Source of the DNA: Octopus sinensis
Taxonomy: Eukaryota
NCBI RefSeq assembly: GCF_006345805.1
Contig: NC_042998.1
Coordinates: forward strand, 15,872,001 to 15,936,000
Reading direction: 5' to 3'
DNA length: 64,000 nucleotides
In this document: positions 52,281-64,000 of the stretch, piece after piece
How the letters are laid out: every line of letters begins with the position of its first letter
Position numbering within the stretch: the first letter of the stretch is position 1
Made by a program: the position numbers and the translations under genes
The notes under the pieces: model-generated
Database searches by the model: none
Seen by the model: only the letters and a program-made list of their open reading frames with translations
Told to the model about the DNA's origin: nothing

Positions 52281-53559
52281 TAATATCACTGATATGTATA
52301 ACCAATACAAACGATTCTATATATGATATCGTGACATAAGACAGTCTTATGTCACGTTATCATATATAATTTCTCGTGAAAACATTCCACAAGTTTATGT
52401 TTAGAATAAAATTAAACTCAACTGCGTCCTTGTTTTTTACAGTTAAAGGTTGAAAGGATTGTAATTGTGATGCAATAATGCACCGTATATCTTCCTATTC
52501 TTTCATTCGTGTGTAATGTCAGATTACTTTCCTTCTGCCAGATAATTAGTTTGTTGAATATGAGCCTCGTTTTAAGTATAAATCTCATTTCCATGTTCTC
52601 CATTACAAACAAATAAATTTTGTATATTTTGAAAGTAAATGTATTAGAATAGCTTTCATAAACATTGAATTTACAAATTACCAGTGAAACTATATTTCGA
52701 AATGAACACTAAAATATTTTCAAACAGTGGGAGATATTAATATAATATCTTAATATCATTTCCGTGTGAGAATATCGGAAATATAATCATTATCGAATGA
52801 TAATACTCACCAAGTTCATTTAGGCTTGGAATGTTTTCACGGTATTCTACGATGCTATGATGGTTTTTATTGTTTTAATACACTTTTATCCATATATTAG
52901 AATTCCATCATGTTTCGAATCTCAAATGATTTTGTTGTTTATTAACGCACATGCAGCACTCGAAAGCGAATACTATCATTGATATCATCTCTAATATAAT
53001 TCACACAAAGCGTTTGTTATGTGACAGTAATATTCGACTCTATCATTTCAAAATGAATAACCATAAAACATTTGTCGTGACAAATACCAATGTATAAAAA
53101 GTGTAGGATAGGTATATAGGTAGGCGTGTGCGTGCGCGTACGTGTGCATGTGCGTTTTTTTTCAGTTTAGTGTGAACAATTAGCGCTACCATAAACCGGT
53201 AACATTTTCTATATGAAGGCCATCTAAGTATTAATGTCCATAAAGATATTGCATATAGCTGTAATTATTTTCAGTTAGGATTTATTTAGTTTCATGCGAA
53301 CTTATTTACATTCCTTTTTTTAAATTTAAATGCATTCAAGTACTGAAATATATAATAATACAATTTAATATCTCTCTAGTCTATGTATGTGTGTTGTTCT
53401 ATTACATGTTTGTATATTTCAAAATAAGTATAACTATATCTCGCTATTTAGGAAATTAAATCCCTTAAATATGAATTGGAATTGGAATTATTATAGTGTT
53501 GCAATTTGTAGCAATTGTTAGACTACAGAAGACATAGTACTCTCAATGGAATGTACTAT

Positions 53560-53890
53560 GCCAACAAGCTGATGCACTTACGAAAAGCATTGAAAATCAA
53601 ACTCCCAAGAAAGCTGACGAAATAAGGTTTGCTTCATCACGACAATGCTTCGCCCACAAATGCTTGGTTTCAGTGGCAGCTGTAGATGACTGTGAATTTG
53701 GACTAATTAAAATGTTAGCAACATCTTCATAGGTCAAAAGTTAGATCATTTAAACAAAGTGCTAAAACCTCGATGAAAATTGTCTTCCAGAGTGACTTAT
53801 CTGTTTTACTCTTTTACCAAGATGCTATACAACGGCATAAATCCTATTGTTTATGGGGAAAAAATTAGATATTACGGAGAATGTATTTTA
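53560..53890 (+). mobile_element. Degenerate mariner transposase fragment
   Basis: LKIKLPRKLT..LLHHDNASP (second catalytic D motif). Confidence 0.55.
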
Positions 53891-53907
53891 TCAAAACATG
53901 TGAATTG

Positions 53908-54662
53908 TACGAGGTGATATAAAAACCTTCCCACACTAGTCTTGTAGCTCGCCAACAGATGGCAGCACACGGTTGCGTTTGCAGTGAGAGCTAGGTGTGA
54001 CCTTCATGTGGCAGCGTGCTGAGTGATATCACTGTGTTTACCTTGGAAGCTGTGAAATTTGTCTTTCTATGATCACATGCTGTAGTCTGCGATTTTGTCA
54101 GAACAAAGAGCCAACATGAAAGTTTGCGTTAAATTTGGTAAGTCTGCTGCAGAGACATTGAACATGCTTTGGAAACTTACGGTGGTAACGCAATGGCTCG
54201 TACTCAATGATCCGAGTGACACTGGTGCTAAAGAAGCGGGAAACCGTTGGTGAAAGGAACACTTGCCACGAGCGCCACGCCCGAAAATGTGGTATTGTAT
54301 ATAGAGAATAAGTCTCCCAGGGGCAGACTGTTAATCTAGAGTTCTACAGCGATGTTTTGAAGTGGAAGTGTGGAGCCCGGTGCATTGGATTCTTCACTAA
54401 ACTTTCCTCACTCGTGAATTTCTTGCCAAAATCAACATTGTATGTCTTCTGCACCCGCCCTATTCACCAGATTTAGACCCTGTGGACGTCTATATCTTCC
54501 CCATGATGCAAATGTAACTCAAATGTCACCATTTTAACAGGGTTTTCGAGATCAACTCCCTTAGGGAAACGATTTCCAGGCCGGATTCCAAAAGCGGCAG
54601 GAATGCTGGCAGCGGTGTATTTCTGCGCAAGGTGACAATTTCGATCGAGAAGATGCTAAAGC
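53908..54662 (+). mobile_element. Deleted mariner element
   Basis: TA-CGAGGTG start; EQRANMKVCVKFGKSAAETLNML (N-terminal HTH); REFLAKINIVCLLHPPYSPDLDPVD; FQAGFQK..WQRCISAQGD. Confidence 0.85.
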
Positions 54663-54663
54663 T

Positions 54664-54836
54664 TAGGCGCAAGAGTAGCTGTGTGGTAAGTAGCTTGCTT
54701 ACCAAACACATGGTTCCGGGTTCAGTTCCACTGCGTGGAATTTTCGGCAAGTGTCTTCTGCTATAGCCTCGGGCCGACCAAAGCTTTGTGAGTAGATTTG
54801 GTAGACGGAAACTGAAAGAAGCCCGTCGTAAATACG

Positions 54837-54889
<53 letters not shown>

Positions 54890-55113
54890 CGTGTATGTTT
54901 GTGTGCCTGTGTCTGTCCCCCTAGCATTACTTGACAACCGATGCTGTGGTTTTTATGTCCCCGTTACTTAGCGGTTCGGTAAAAGAGACCGATAGAATAA
55001 GTACTGTGCTTACAACGAATAAACCCCGGGGTCGAGTTGCTCGATTAAAGGCGGTGCTCCAGCATGGCCGCAGTCAAATGACTGAAACAAGTAAAAGAGT
55101 AAAGCGTAAGAGT
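54664..55113 (+). mobile_element. tRNA-derived SINE family B
   Basis: Full two-half structure with an internal (TA)n. Confidence 0.9.
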
Positions 55114-55217
55114 AAATATTTTTATTTTAATTAAGCATAACTAGTCCAGGAATCTTTGGGTATACACACAAATAAAACTCATTGAAAATGTAACTAATAT
55201 TATTCACATATATTTAA

Positions 55218-55650
55218 CGCGGTTATCTGGCGGAATCATTACCACGCCGGACGAAATCCTTAGCGGCATTTCGTCCGTCTTTATGTTCTCATTTCAAATT
55301 CCGTCGAGATTGTCTTTGCTGTTCGTCCTTTTGGGGTCGGTACTATGGGTACCGGTTGGTTTACGTAATCGATTTACACCCTTACCAACAAAATCTGCCT
55401 TCTTACCAAAATTTGAAATTAATATTATTGATGAACCTAAGGTGGTGATGGCATAATCGTTCGCGCGCAGGGCAAATTGTTTAGTGACACTTCGTTGCGT
55501 CGTTCTGAATTCAAACTCCGCCGAGGTGAACATTGCTGTTCATCTTTGGGCGAGTCTATGAAATAACTAGCAGTTAAGCACTGAGCTCGATGTAATTAAC
55601 TTATCCCCTCCCCATAACTATTGGCCGTGCGCCAAAATTTGAAATCAGTA
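55218..55650 (+). mobile_element. Two old SINE family A copies in tandem
   Basis: Each has a GGC(G/A)..AATC..TCAAA(T/C)TCCG..GAG head and ends CCAAAATTTGAAAT. Confidence 0.65.
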
Positions 55651-56479
55651 TTATTCATATATTTCTCGAAGATATAGTATTGAGTATAGTATTAGACAGA
55701 AGTACAGATTCAATTATAACATGTAAATTACCTAAACCTGACGAGTAGAATGAGGTTGATATCTGAAAATTAGAAACACGCATTCGTAAAATGCAACGCA
55801 CATTCGATTCGATTTCACAGAAGGGCGAATATTAAATACCAATGTAAAATGTAAAAATATCAGTTATAATATGGAAGATATAAATATAATGGGTAAATAT
55901 AAACTAAGAGCAGAAATAATAAAATAGAAATAACATACTAGGTATACATGTGCTTATCAAACCAGTTATACATTTCAGCTGCTGCAACTTAAGAAAGTGG
56001 AATTTATAGGAATTGTAAAATGTAGTGGAAGGATATATAGGATATTTTTAACATATTCCGAGGACATATATAGCAGGATATAATACAATAAACGCCTATG
56101 AAGAAAATCATGACAGTGAGACAAAAACTTTTAGCAGCAGAAGAGAATATGATAAGTATAATAAGGAAATGCAAAAAAAAAACTTACTATAAGGAAATGA
56201 AAAATATAAACTGAAAAATAACTACACTAAACAAAAAATATTATTTCTACAAAGCAATAAGTTTTAATATATAAAACAAAACTAAATATATTGAGTAAAA
56301 TAACAAATAAAAATTCTACATCATTGATAATATCCTTCAAAACACGACATTTAGGAAGTATGCTGGAGAGCAAGCCATTAATGGCTACAAAGCTGTGGGC
56401 TAAAATATAAAACAAGATCCAATTTTAGAATCACAGTGTCAATTCTTAGCCATAACCAACGACAGAAATAAATGAACGG

Positions 56480-57120
56480 AATAAGATGTTTAGCTTATAT
56501 GCTAATATTTCAACCGAGCGGGTGGAAAACATCATTTCCGGATGCTCGGTTCTTGCCAAACCTGAATATATGCAGACGTTATCAAAACAGTAGGCATATT
56601 CAATCCTTCAATACAGTCTTCGAAACTAACACGGATGAGGAGTGTTATAACTATCTACCACCTTCCGATCAACTTGTGAACAGATACACAGACTGACTAA
56701 AAAAGAAAATGTCAAATCATATAATAATAACATTCTGGGACAAAAAGTAAGTGTATTGATATGAATATCTCAAAACTTTTGGACGGGAAAATTGGCCTAG
56801 TGTTTGTCTAGTAACTCTCAACGGACAAGGGTACCGTATTTGAAATACACGGGATATGGAGCATGCAGTTATAAGCAATGCTATGGATGATTAAAGCACA
56901 AGTATGGACAAATAGCACGTGGACAAAATTTTGAATCATTGCTTGGTCTTACAAATTTACATAGGTTTGCTATGAGAAGACCAAATCCTGTACAACTCAA
57001 AGAGTAAACGTTAATATTTTCAACAATCTGGAAGGAACTACCCACATATTAACACAGCTGACACAACTCTGTTCTATCCGATTAGAATACAAAGCAATCA
57101 CACATCATAAAACACAACAT
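56480..57120 (+). mobile_element. Highly degenerate R4/Dong-type LINE C-terminal remnant
   Basis: TERVENIISGCSVLAKPEYMQ (compare TINHIISSCPVLAKKEYIH) and GTTHIL..SI near 57035. Confidence 0.5.
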
Positions 57121-57469
57121 AAAATATACCGAAAATATATAGCCAAAAATACATAATACATTGAGCAGAACAATGGATAAAAATACACGGATGCAGTTTA
57201 CAAACGTGGGACTGCATCCGTGAAAGAAACACGGATCTTGTTGTGGTTAAAAGGGTAGACAAGATAGCACGTAGAACAAACTATATGTCAATATCTATTC
57301 TTGCTCTTTGTGATCCGAGTTTAAATATCATCGAACTCAACCTTGCTTTTTTTTTATTCGAGGTCTATAAAATAAAGTACTAATCAAGAATTGAACCTAT
57401 GTAATCAATTATTATCTCCCACAAAAATAATTTCTGGCGTTGTGCTAAAATTGGAAACTAATATAAAAA

Positions 57470-58230
57470 ACAGCTCAGTTATGTCGTGAGTACGATTCCC
57501 GGTAGTGCGCTTGTGTGTTTCAGCTGTACTTCACCTTGCTGCAGTCCACTCAGTTTGAAAAATAGAATTGTAGTTGTATTTGAAAGGGGTCAGATTTGTC
57601 ACATTTTGTGTGAGGCTGAATCTTCCTCAGAATTACGTTATGGTATGCATGTCTGTTGAGTACGCAGTCACTTGTGCGTTAGTTTTACGAGTAGACTGTT
57701 CCATTGATCAGATAAACAGGAACCTCGTCCTCGCAACGGATGGAGTGCTATTTTGTAAAAAGAGTAAAGGAAAAGCAAATGTTCCATATTGTAAGGCACA
57801 AATGCCACGTGTTTAGTATAAGCAGTGAAAGCTAAGACGAAATAATTGCTTTTCTGTCGTTAGTGACTTTGACATGAACTTATGCTCAGTTTGATAACAA
57901 CAGCCTATCGGTGTTTATCTGGGGCCTTGGCCTCCAGAACTATGAGACGCACAGATACCGCTGTTAGAACCAGATTAATATCCATAGCGACCCTAAAGAC
58001 TAACATGTTTTCCTGTCTCTATATAAGATCTTTTTTCATTTTCTTCCAAACATTTGAAGGTTTATTTTTCTCCATTCCACTCACCTGGTCAAAATGAGTT
58101 GTAACTGTAAATGAAAGGGGCCAGCCTTGTCATATTCTGTGTGAGGTTGAATCTGCCTGAAAACTACGTTAATGGTATGTATGCTTGTGAAGTACTCAGC
58201 CACTTGCGTGTTAATTGTATCCTCGTGTAG
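57470..58230 (+). mobile_element. Two old SINE fragments sharing the family C 3' domain (57470-57745, 58060-58230)
   Basis: TTGAAAGGGG.CAG..TTGTCA.ATT.TGTGTGAGG.TGAATCT, matching the reverse complement of 23800-23945. Confidence 0.65.
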
Positions 58231-59129
58231 TAATGGAGAGTGAGAGTGACATTCAATATTTGCTATGTGTCTCTGTATCTTTGTATAAACTTTTCCTTCG
58301 ATCTATGTATTTACTGTCTCTCTCACTTTCTTTCTCCCTTCCTCTGTGTCTCACCAATTTATCGCTTTTAATTTAACAATGTGTGTGTGTGTCTATGTAT
58401 CTACTTTTCTTTCGATCTATGTATCTAATTTTGTTTTGATCTATGTAGCTTTCATTCGATGTATGCATGAGTCTACTCTAAAAATACTAATAAACATGTT
58501 AACTCTTCCTTCAAGTGTAGAAAAGTAGCCGTAATATCCACAGCTATTTGCTGAGACAGACAGAGGAAGTGAAAGAGCATATTAGAAAGAGAGAGAGGTA
58601 GCCAGACAAATAGATTGATAAATAAGCAACTTTTCTTTTTGAAATTTCCATATAATGTGGCTTTATCATATATCTTCGAAAACGAAAAGTTTTCCAGCAT
58701 TTTCAGTATGAGAATAGTGTCTTTCGTTATTATTCTCTATCTACTCCCTTCCTTCACTCAATCTCTCAAAATCTTTCTCTTTTATCCCTCCTTCCCCTCT
58801 GCCTCCAAACGTCTCCTTGTCTCTAACTGTCCTTCTGCGTTTAATGCGTTATAATTCTCTTACAACTCAGCACTAGCAATCTCATCCTTCTCACTCACTC
58901 CCTCTTACTTCATCCTCTTTGCCGCTTTGCTCCTCACGTCAACTATACTTCCCCTGCTTCTGTCCCACCCGTCCCTCCTGCTTGGCCATCCATTTCACCT
59001 ATACCTTCTCTGCTTAATACCTTTTCTTTTTCTTATTCTTCGTACCACTCCTTCAAAATTTTTACATCGTTCTTTGATGTGTGACACACACCACAGGTAC
59101 GTACGCAGAAAACAAAAATGGTGTATTAA

Positions 59130-59715
59130 TATTATTGATCCTTCTTGTACACCGCAAGGCCTGACATTTTGGTGGAAGTGAGTAGTCGACTACATCTATT
59201 CCAGATTTCAGCTGGTAACTGTTTTATCAACTCCGAAAGAATGAAAAGCAAAGTCGGCCTCGGCGGAATTAGCACCCAAAACGTAAATAGAGACGAAATT
59301 TCGCTAGTCGTTTGTTTGGCATGCGAATGTTTCTATCGATGATAAATAAGAATGATAGAGGTGAAGGATAACTTCCATTGTTGGTCAAAAGTTCAAATAC
59401 TTTGGTGTCATTACTAGACTGAAAGTCATAGAAACAATAAAAATATACATTGTGGAATTGTACGGAAAAAAAATTGATGTGAACAGGAGCGGTTTAGAAA
59501 TATTGGTTTGAAATTTTGGCACAAGGCCAGCAAGGTCGGGGAAGTGTGTGATCCAATAACATCCACCTCAGTGCTTAACTGGTACCTATTTAAAGGGAAC
59601 GAAACGATGAATGGCAACGTTGATTTCGGCGGATAAATTTGAACTGAGATCGTAAAGACAGACCAAATGCTGTTTAGTATTTTACGTGGTGCGCTAAAGA
59701 TTCTGTCAATTCATC
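59130..59715 (-). mobile_element. Two old SINE family A copies (59130-59335, 59485-59715)
   Basis: GCAAAGTCGGCCTCGGCGGAATT and TTTGAACTGAGATCGTAAAGAC, as in 1-93. Confidence 0.65.
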
Positions 59716-61853
59716 ACAAAAATAAAACTAATTAAAATTAGCTAAATTACGCGCGCTAACATACTGAGTAATTCCGTGTTCGCTGCTCATGCAGTTGTAT
59801 TAAACACAAAAGCTATGTCCTCAACCGGTTCTGTCCATTTGCCTAGAATTTAGAAAAAAAAGGTTATCAGTAACAAAGATTTGATAGGAAATATTTCCCA
59901 GTAGGAGTGAAATTGCATAAGAATTATTCGAAGAACATCCACAAAGGGGCCCAAACCATTCTACCACATCCAAGACATAACACATGACCTCTCTCTGTTT
60001 TTTACTCTTATTAGCATAACACATGTATCATAGGTCCAGTCTCCATAACAGGTCTTTAAATTCTTATTGACACGCAAGAAATCTTCAACTCACTCATAAT
60101 ATTTACTTTTGGCAGGAGACAAAAATGTTTGCTTCAACACTTAAAACATGCACAATATGTTTTAAAATAGCCACCAAATGGCGGAAGGCTAAAGTCACTT
60201 TCCTTCTAAAGAAAAATAGCATCACTATATACTTTGGTAATAACCGGTTCGTATTTCAAGTGAAAGAGGCTTGTTGATAGAGGACCATTAGTTTGTATTG
60301 CATGCGTAGTGAATGATAGCCGACAGGAAGGGACACTTCGTGCATTTCGGACAGGTTCTATATTTATGTTTACTACATTTTGGTTACAAAGACATTCTGC
60401 GGAAAGTATATTGTACAAAGTAATGTTACCATCATGTTGCCTTCAATTTCTTCGTCTTTGCTGCCATCACATTAGTCAAATTATTGTGAAGATTCGTTTT
60501 TCTCAGTGTGAATTTGATTACACATTACCAACGCCGGTATCCTGTGCACAAATAGAAATTCTTTCATTGTTGCAGATGAAATTTCAGAGCAACAGAAACT
60601 ATTTCATTCTATGTGAAATGAGTGGAAACGTGCACAAACGAGAATGTATCTGAAGACAACGTAGGAAGTAAAAAGTTACAATGTGAGATGCAGAATTTGC
60701 GATAAAGTAGAATTAAATTATCTGCTCGAAACAAAATCTAGAAAGTATTAAATTAATCCCATAAACAGAGATGCTAGTTGTCATACCAACGTTACCGGTC
60801 ACAGAGTAGTACTAATAAGAGAGGTCAAGTGGCAGAAAGAAATCAATACTGCAATCTGGTGAAGAGAATAGCAGAGGCGGTAAACACATGTATCGCCTTA
60901 ATCGGGTATTATATTTTGATTGTGTACTGTATGGAACACCTAAAGAAATTTAAGATAATAGTTTCTATAAAAAAATTTTAATTGTAATGGGAGAGGTCAC
61001 GCAAAGCAGGCATGGGTTGTAAAGAATTACAGCAATTGAAGGTAATGTTCCTATGAAAGCATACCAACGACGGAAAGTTTATAAACGTACAGCATGTTTA
61101 AGGAATCACGTGTTGTTATGACGTACCTCGACTAAATACACACACCTGCATACAACACAGAGTCAAGTTAGCCTTTTATCCCCAAACAGTAATTTCTAAA
61201 ATAATCTAAATATCTATTTCGTGTAATTCTATTATATCAGTTTCTTTATCGAACGTAATATCAGTGGTTTTAATTGAGTTATTTCTCTCTCAATCCGTTG
61301 TGATATATTTTTTTCTTATTCGAATACTATGTTTATTTCCCTCAAAAAAATAATAAGCCATATATATCGAGGATTTCAGTTATCTGCAGCTTAACATTTC
61401 AAATTTATACTCATAATAATGCTTACTGTCATATTAAAATTCATAAATTCATGTTTTGACATCCAATTACTGCCAGGTAGTAAAATATTGTTGTAAAAAA
61501 TTTATATATATATAATATATATTATATATATATATATATATATAAAATTATAAAAATATAAAAAACATAAAAATATTTTTAAAAAAAGTAAAAATTAAAA
61601 ATAATAAATAATAAATAATAAATAAAAAACTAAAAATAAAAAATAAAAAAAATATAAATAAAAATAATAAATAAAAAATAAATAATAAATAATAATAAAA
61701 ATATATATATATTTATAATTTATTTATTTATTTATATTTTTTATATATTTCTTAATTAATTTTATTTCTATGTATTGGCTTATGATTTTTCAATGTTTTA
61801 TTTGCCTAATAGTGGTTTTATCTCTAAGTTAATATAATATATATATATATATA

Positions 61854-62058
61854 TTGATTCGTTAGCTACTGCACGCATTTTTGTTTCTCTCCTTCTTTCT
61901 GTGTTTTTCTCTCTCTGTGTATCTTTCTGTTGAAGAGCGTAGGCTCGAAACGTTAAAGACTTGTTTTATTTATATTTCCTGAGCGCCATACTAATACAAT
62001 TGTTCGTTTGTTTTCCACCTGCCTTCGTCTTTTCTTTATTTTCATAAAGCTTCCCGTT
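61854..62058 (+). mobile_element. ~205-bp non-coding unit inside (TA)n carrying a hammerhead-like motif
   Basis: Unique sequence bounded by TA runs on both sides; contains the motif at 61922-61959. Confidence 0.65.
61922..61959 (+). ncRNA. Minimal type I hammerhead-like motif, variant core
   Basis: Helix I UCUUU/AAAGA; core CUGUUGAA (non-canonical versus CUGANGA); helix II GAGC-GUAG-GCUC; GAAA; palindrome AACGUU; GUU triplet. Confidence 0.55.
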
Positions 62059-62061
62059 ATA

Positions 62062-62185
<124 letters not shown>

Positions 62186-63885
62186 GATCGTTATAATTCT
62201 TTCTATTTCTCGGATTTGCAAAATAGCAAGTTTAATGTAGCATTTTTGGCTTTTACGTATTATTCATGGGTAATATTACTAGACTTGAAGTGTAACACTT
62301 CCAGAATAGCCTTTTTCTGATCGATGCATGATACTTAGATGAAGGTGATATTTTCGCTGACATGAGGCTTCACAGAATGCATTCTATGATTCTGTTCGTG
62401 GGTGTTTGTTTTGATCATTTATCATTTCGATAATCTCGAAATGCGGTGTGTATAAAATTCGATGAAAATATATTACTGTTTCTCTGTGGGTTTCTAGTTT
62501 CTACCTGTGATATTCGCGCATTGTTTCTTCCGACATTTATCTATTGTTTTCGGATAATTCATTGAATCAAGAAATATACTTTCAATAATTCATTGTGTGC
62601 ACCGCTGAGTAGTTCGAAAATTTAACATTGCTAATTTTTAACAATATATTTATATTACGTAGACCTGTAACACATATTGAATTTCATTTTCATTTTCCTT
62701 TTTAGATGTTTTTCAAGTATTTTCCCAGTCTTCCTTTAAATCCAGATGTTTTCATATCAGCTTGAGATGAGTATTTTTTTTTCTCTCTGGTAATTTCCAT
62801 AGATGTTTTACCTACTGTTTGTATCCTCCTCGTCATACAAATATATCGTGGATGCTTCTGTAAGTCCACGTAATCTAATTTGAAATTTCTTCTTTCTTTG
62901 TCAATTTTATGTCTTGTAGTTATTATCATGCCAGTTGACATTCGTCCGTGCAAATATATTTCGATTTTATTCTCCGAAATATTCTCGTAAAGTTCATAAT
63001 TATGTATGCTATGTTTAGAATAATAACATATTAATTCATTTTCATATTCCGGTGGATTCCAAGATGAATATTTAATTGCTGGTATATTTCTGCACCGAAA
63101 TAGAACCTCATCTCTTTAGGAATATGTTCATTACAAAATTGATACCCCTTAGAAATTTTGAGACATCACGGTGTTTCGAACTCGTTTCATGTCTTCCTCA
63201 GTCAGACCGATAACACCAACAAGTACACGTACACATGTGTACAAGAATAATAAAAACGGATTATTTGCTAATGCGTGCTGATGTATGCTAAACAAATGAT
63301 TCATTGGGTGTTCGTAGTACAGCGAGAATTCAATCAGATATTCATGTTCGAATTTTCTTCCGCGTAATTCCGATCACAATTTGATAGATATGCTGTCGTT
63401 TGATAATTGAAACTTTTTGATTTTTGTTTGGTTGTTCTCCAATTGCTAACCTCATCGACATGATTTATATTCTGATTAAGTAAAACTTTGCATTTTGCAA
63501 TTAGGTTCTTTAAAATTTAGTTTGTATGCTTTATGTGTATGTTCGTTAAGTAATCTTGTTTATGTACTCCATTAATATCCCTAATTTTTATTTGTTTGTT
63601 GCATCATTAGCTAGCTAGGTTCTTTATGTGCACGTGATGGTTGTCCAATTTGCTGTAGATTAAATCTCATAAACATGAACGTTTGTATATTGCAACGAAT
63701 GTAATAGAGGAAGGTGTTTCATCTGTATGTAGAAATTGTATACATTTTGGCAATGCGAAGTTAGGAGCAAATACCATCCCACCATTCGTATTATATCAAT
63801 AAATGATGATGGTTTTGTTGATGCTAAAGTAGAATTTAGCATTAACCTATATAGATTAATATTTTGATACATAGTGATAGATAAC
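62186..63885 (-). mobile_element. Possible degenerate Penelope-like element between two (TA)n tracts
   Basis: Minus-strand pieces ENKIEIYL..IITTRHK..LDY..KHP (RT thumb-like), VGRNNARIS (GIY-YIG-like) and RKRLFW..LPMN (C-terminal-like), in plausible order but weak. Confidence 0.3.
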
Positions 63886-63890
63886 TAGTC

Positions 63891-63958
<68 letters not shown>

Positions 63959-64000
63959 GGAGAGAGAGAGATTGATAGATAGTTAGCTAGCTAGATAGAA
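63886..64000. repeat. (TA)n(GA)n(TAGA/TAGC) microsatellite
   Basis: Direct reading. Confidence 0.95.

Noticed and set aside
60150-60300. KWRKAKVTFLLKK as a LINE RT remnant
   Set aside because: A single short motif with no downstream YRPISL support.
61500-61760. Extremely A-rich then T-rich stretch as a functional element
   Set aside because: Low-complexity and irregular; possibly a decayed microsatellite or poorly polished sequence.

Overview
AT-rich, repeat-dominated animal genomic DNA with no supportable host protein-coding gene. The SINE families and microsatellite load look like an Octopus-type cephalopod genome (inference from recognition, no search run). Ordinary content: several tRNA-derived SINE families, 5'-truncated R4/Dong-type LINE ends stacked in (TAA)n tracts, CR1-clade LINE 3' ends, mariner and DD37D transposon remnants, faint Penelope-like and Helitron remnants, and many microsatellites that generate most ORFs in the track. 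Main result: four unrelated non-coding elements sit inside (TA)n tracts and each carries a type I hammerhead ribozyme (HHR) or HHR-like motif with a short palindromic helix III. They are a 544-bp x3 array (735-2329), a ~480-bp x8.3 array (34023-38030), a ~351-bp x8 array (40847-43632) and a ~205-bp solo unit (61854-62058). The two large arrays are head-to-head inverted with ribozyme-sense 3' ends pointing into the flanking TA tracts. One splits a single SINE into two collinear halves and shows a twin-priming-like breakpoint. Together this suggests a (TA)n-targeted, hammerhead-containing retrozyme-like system inserted as multimeric RNA copies. Folds were done by eye; no activity or novelty search was possible.
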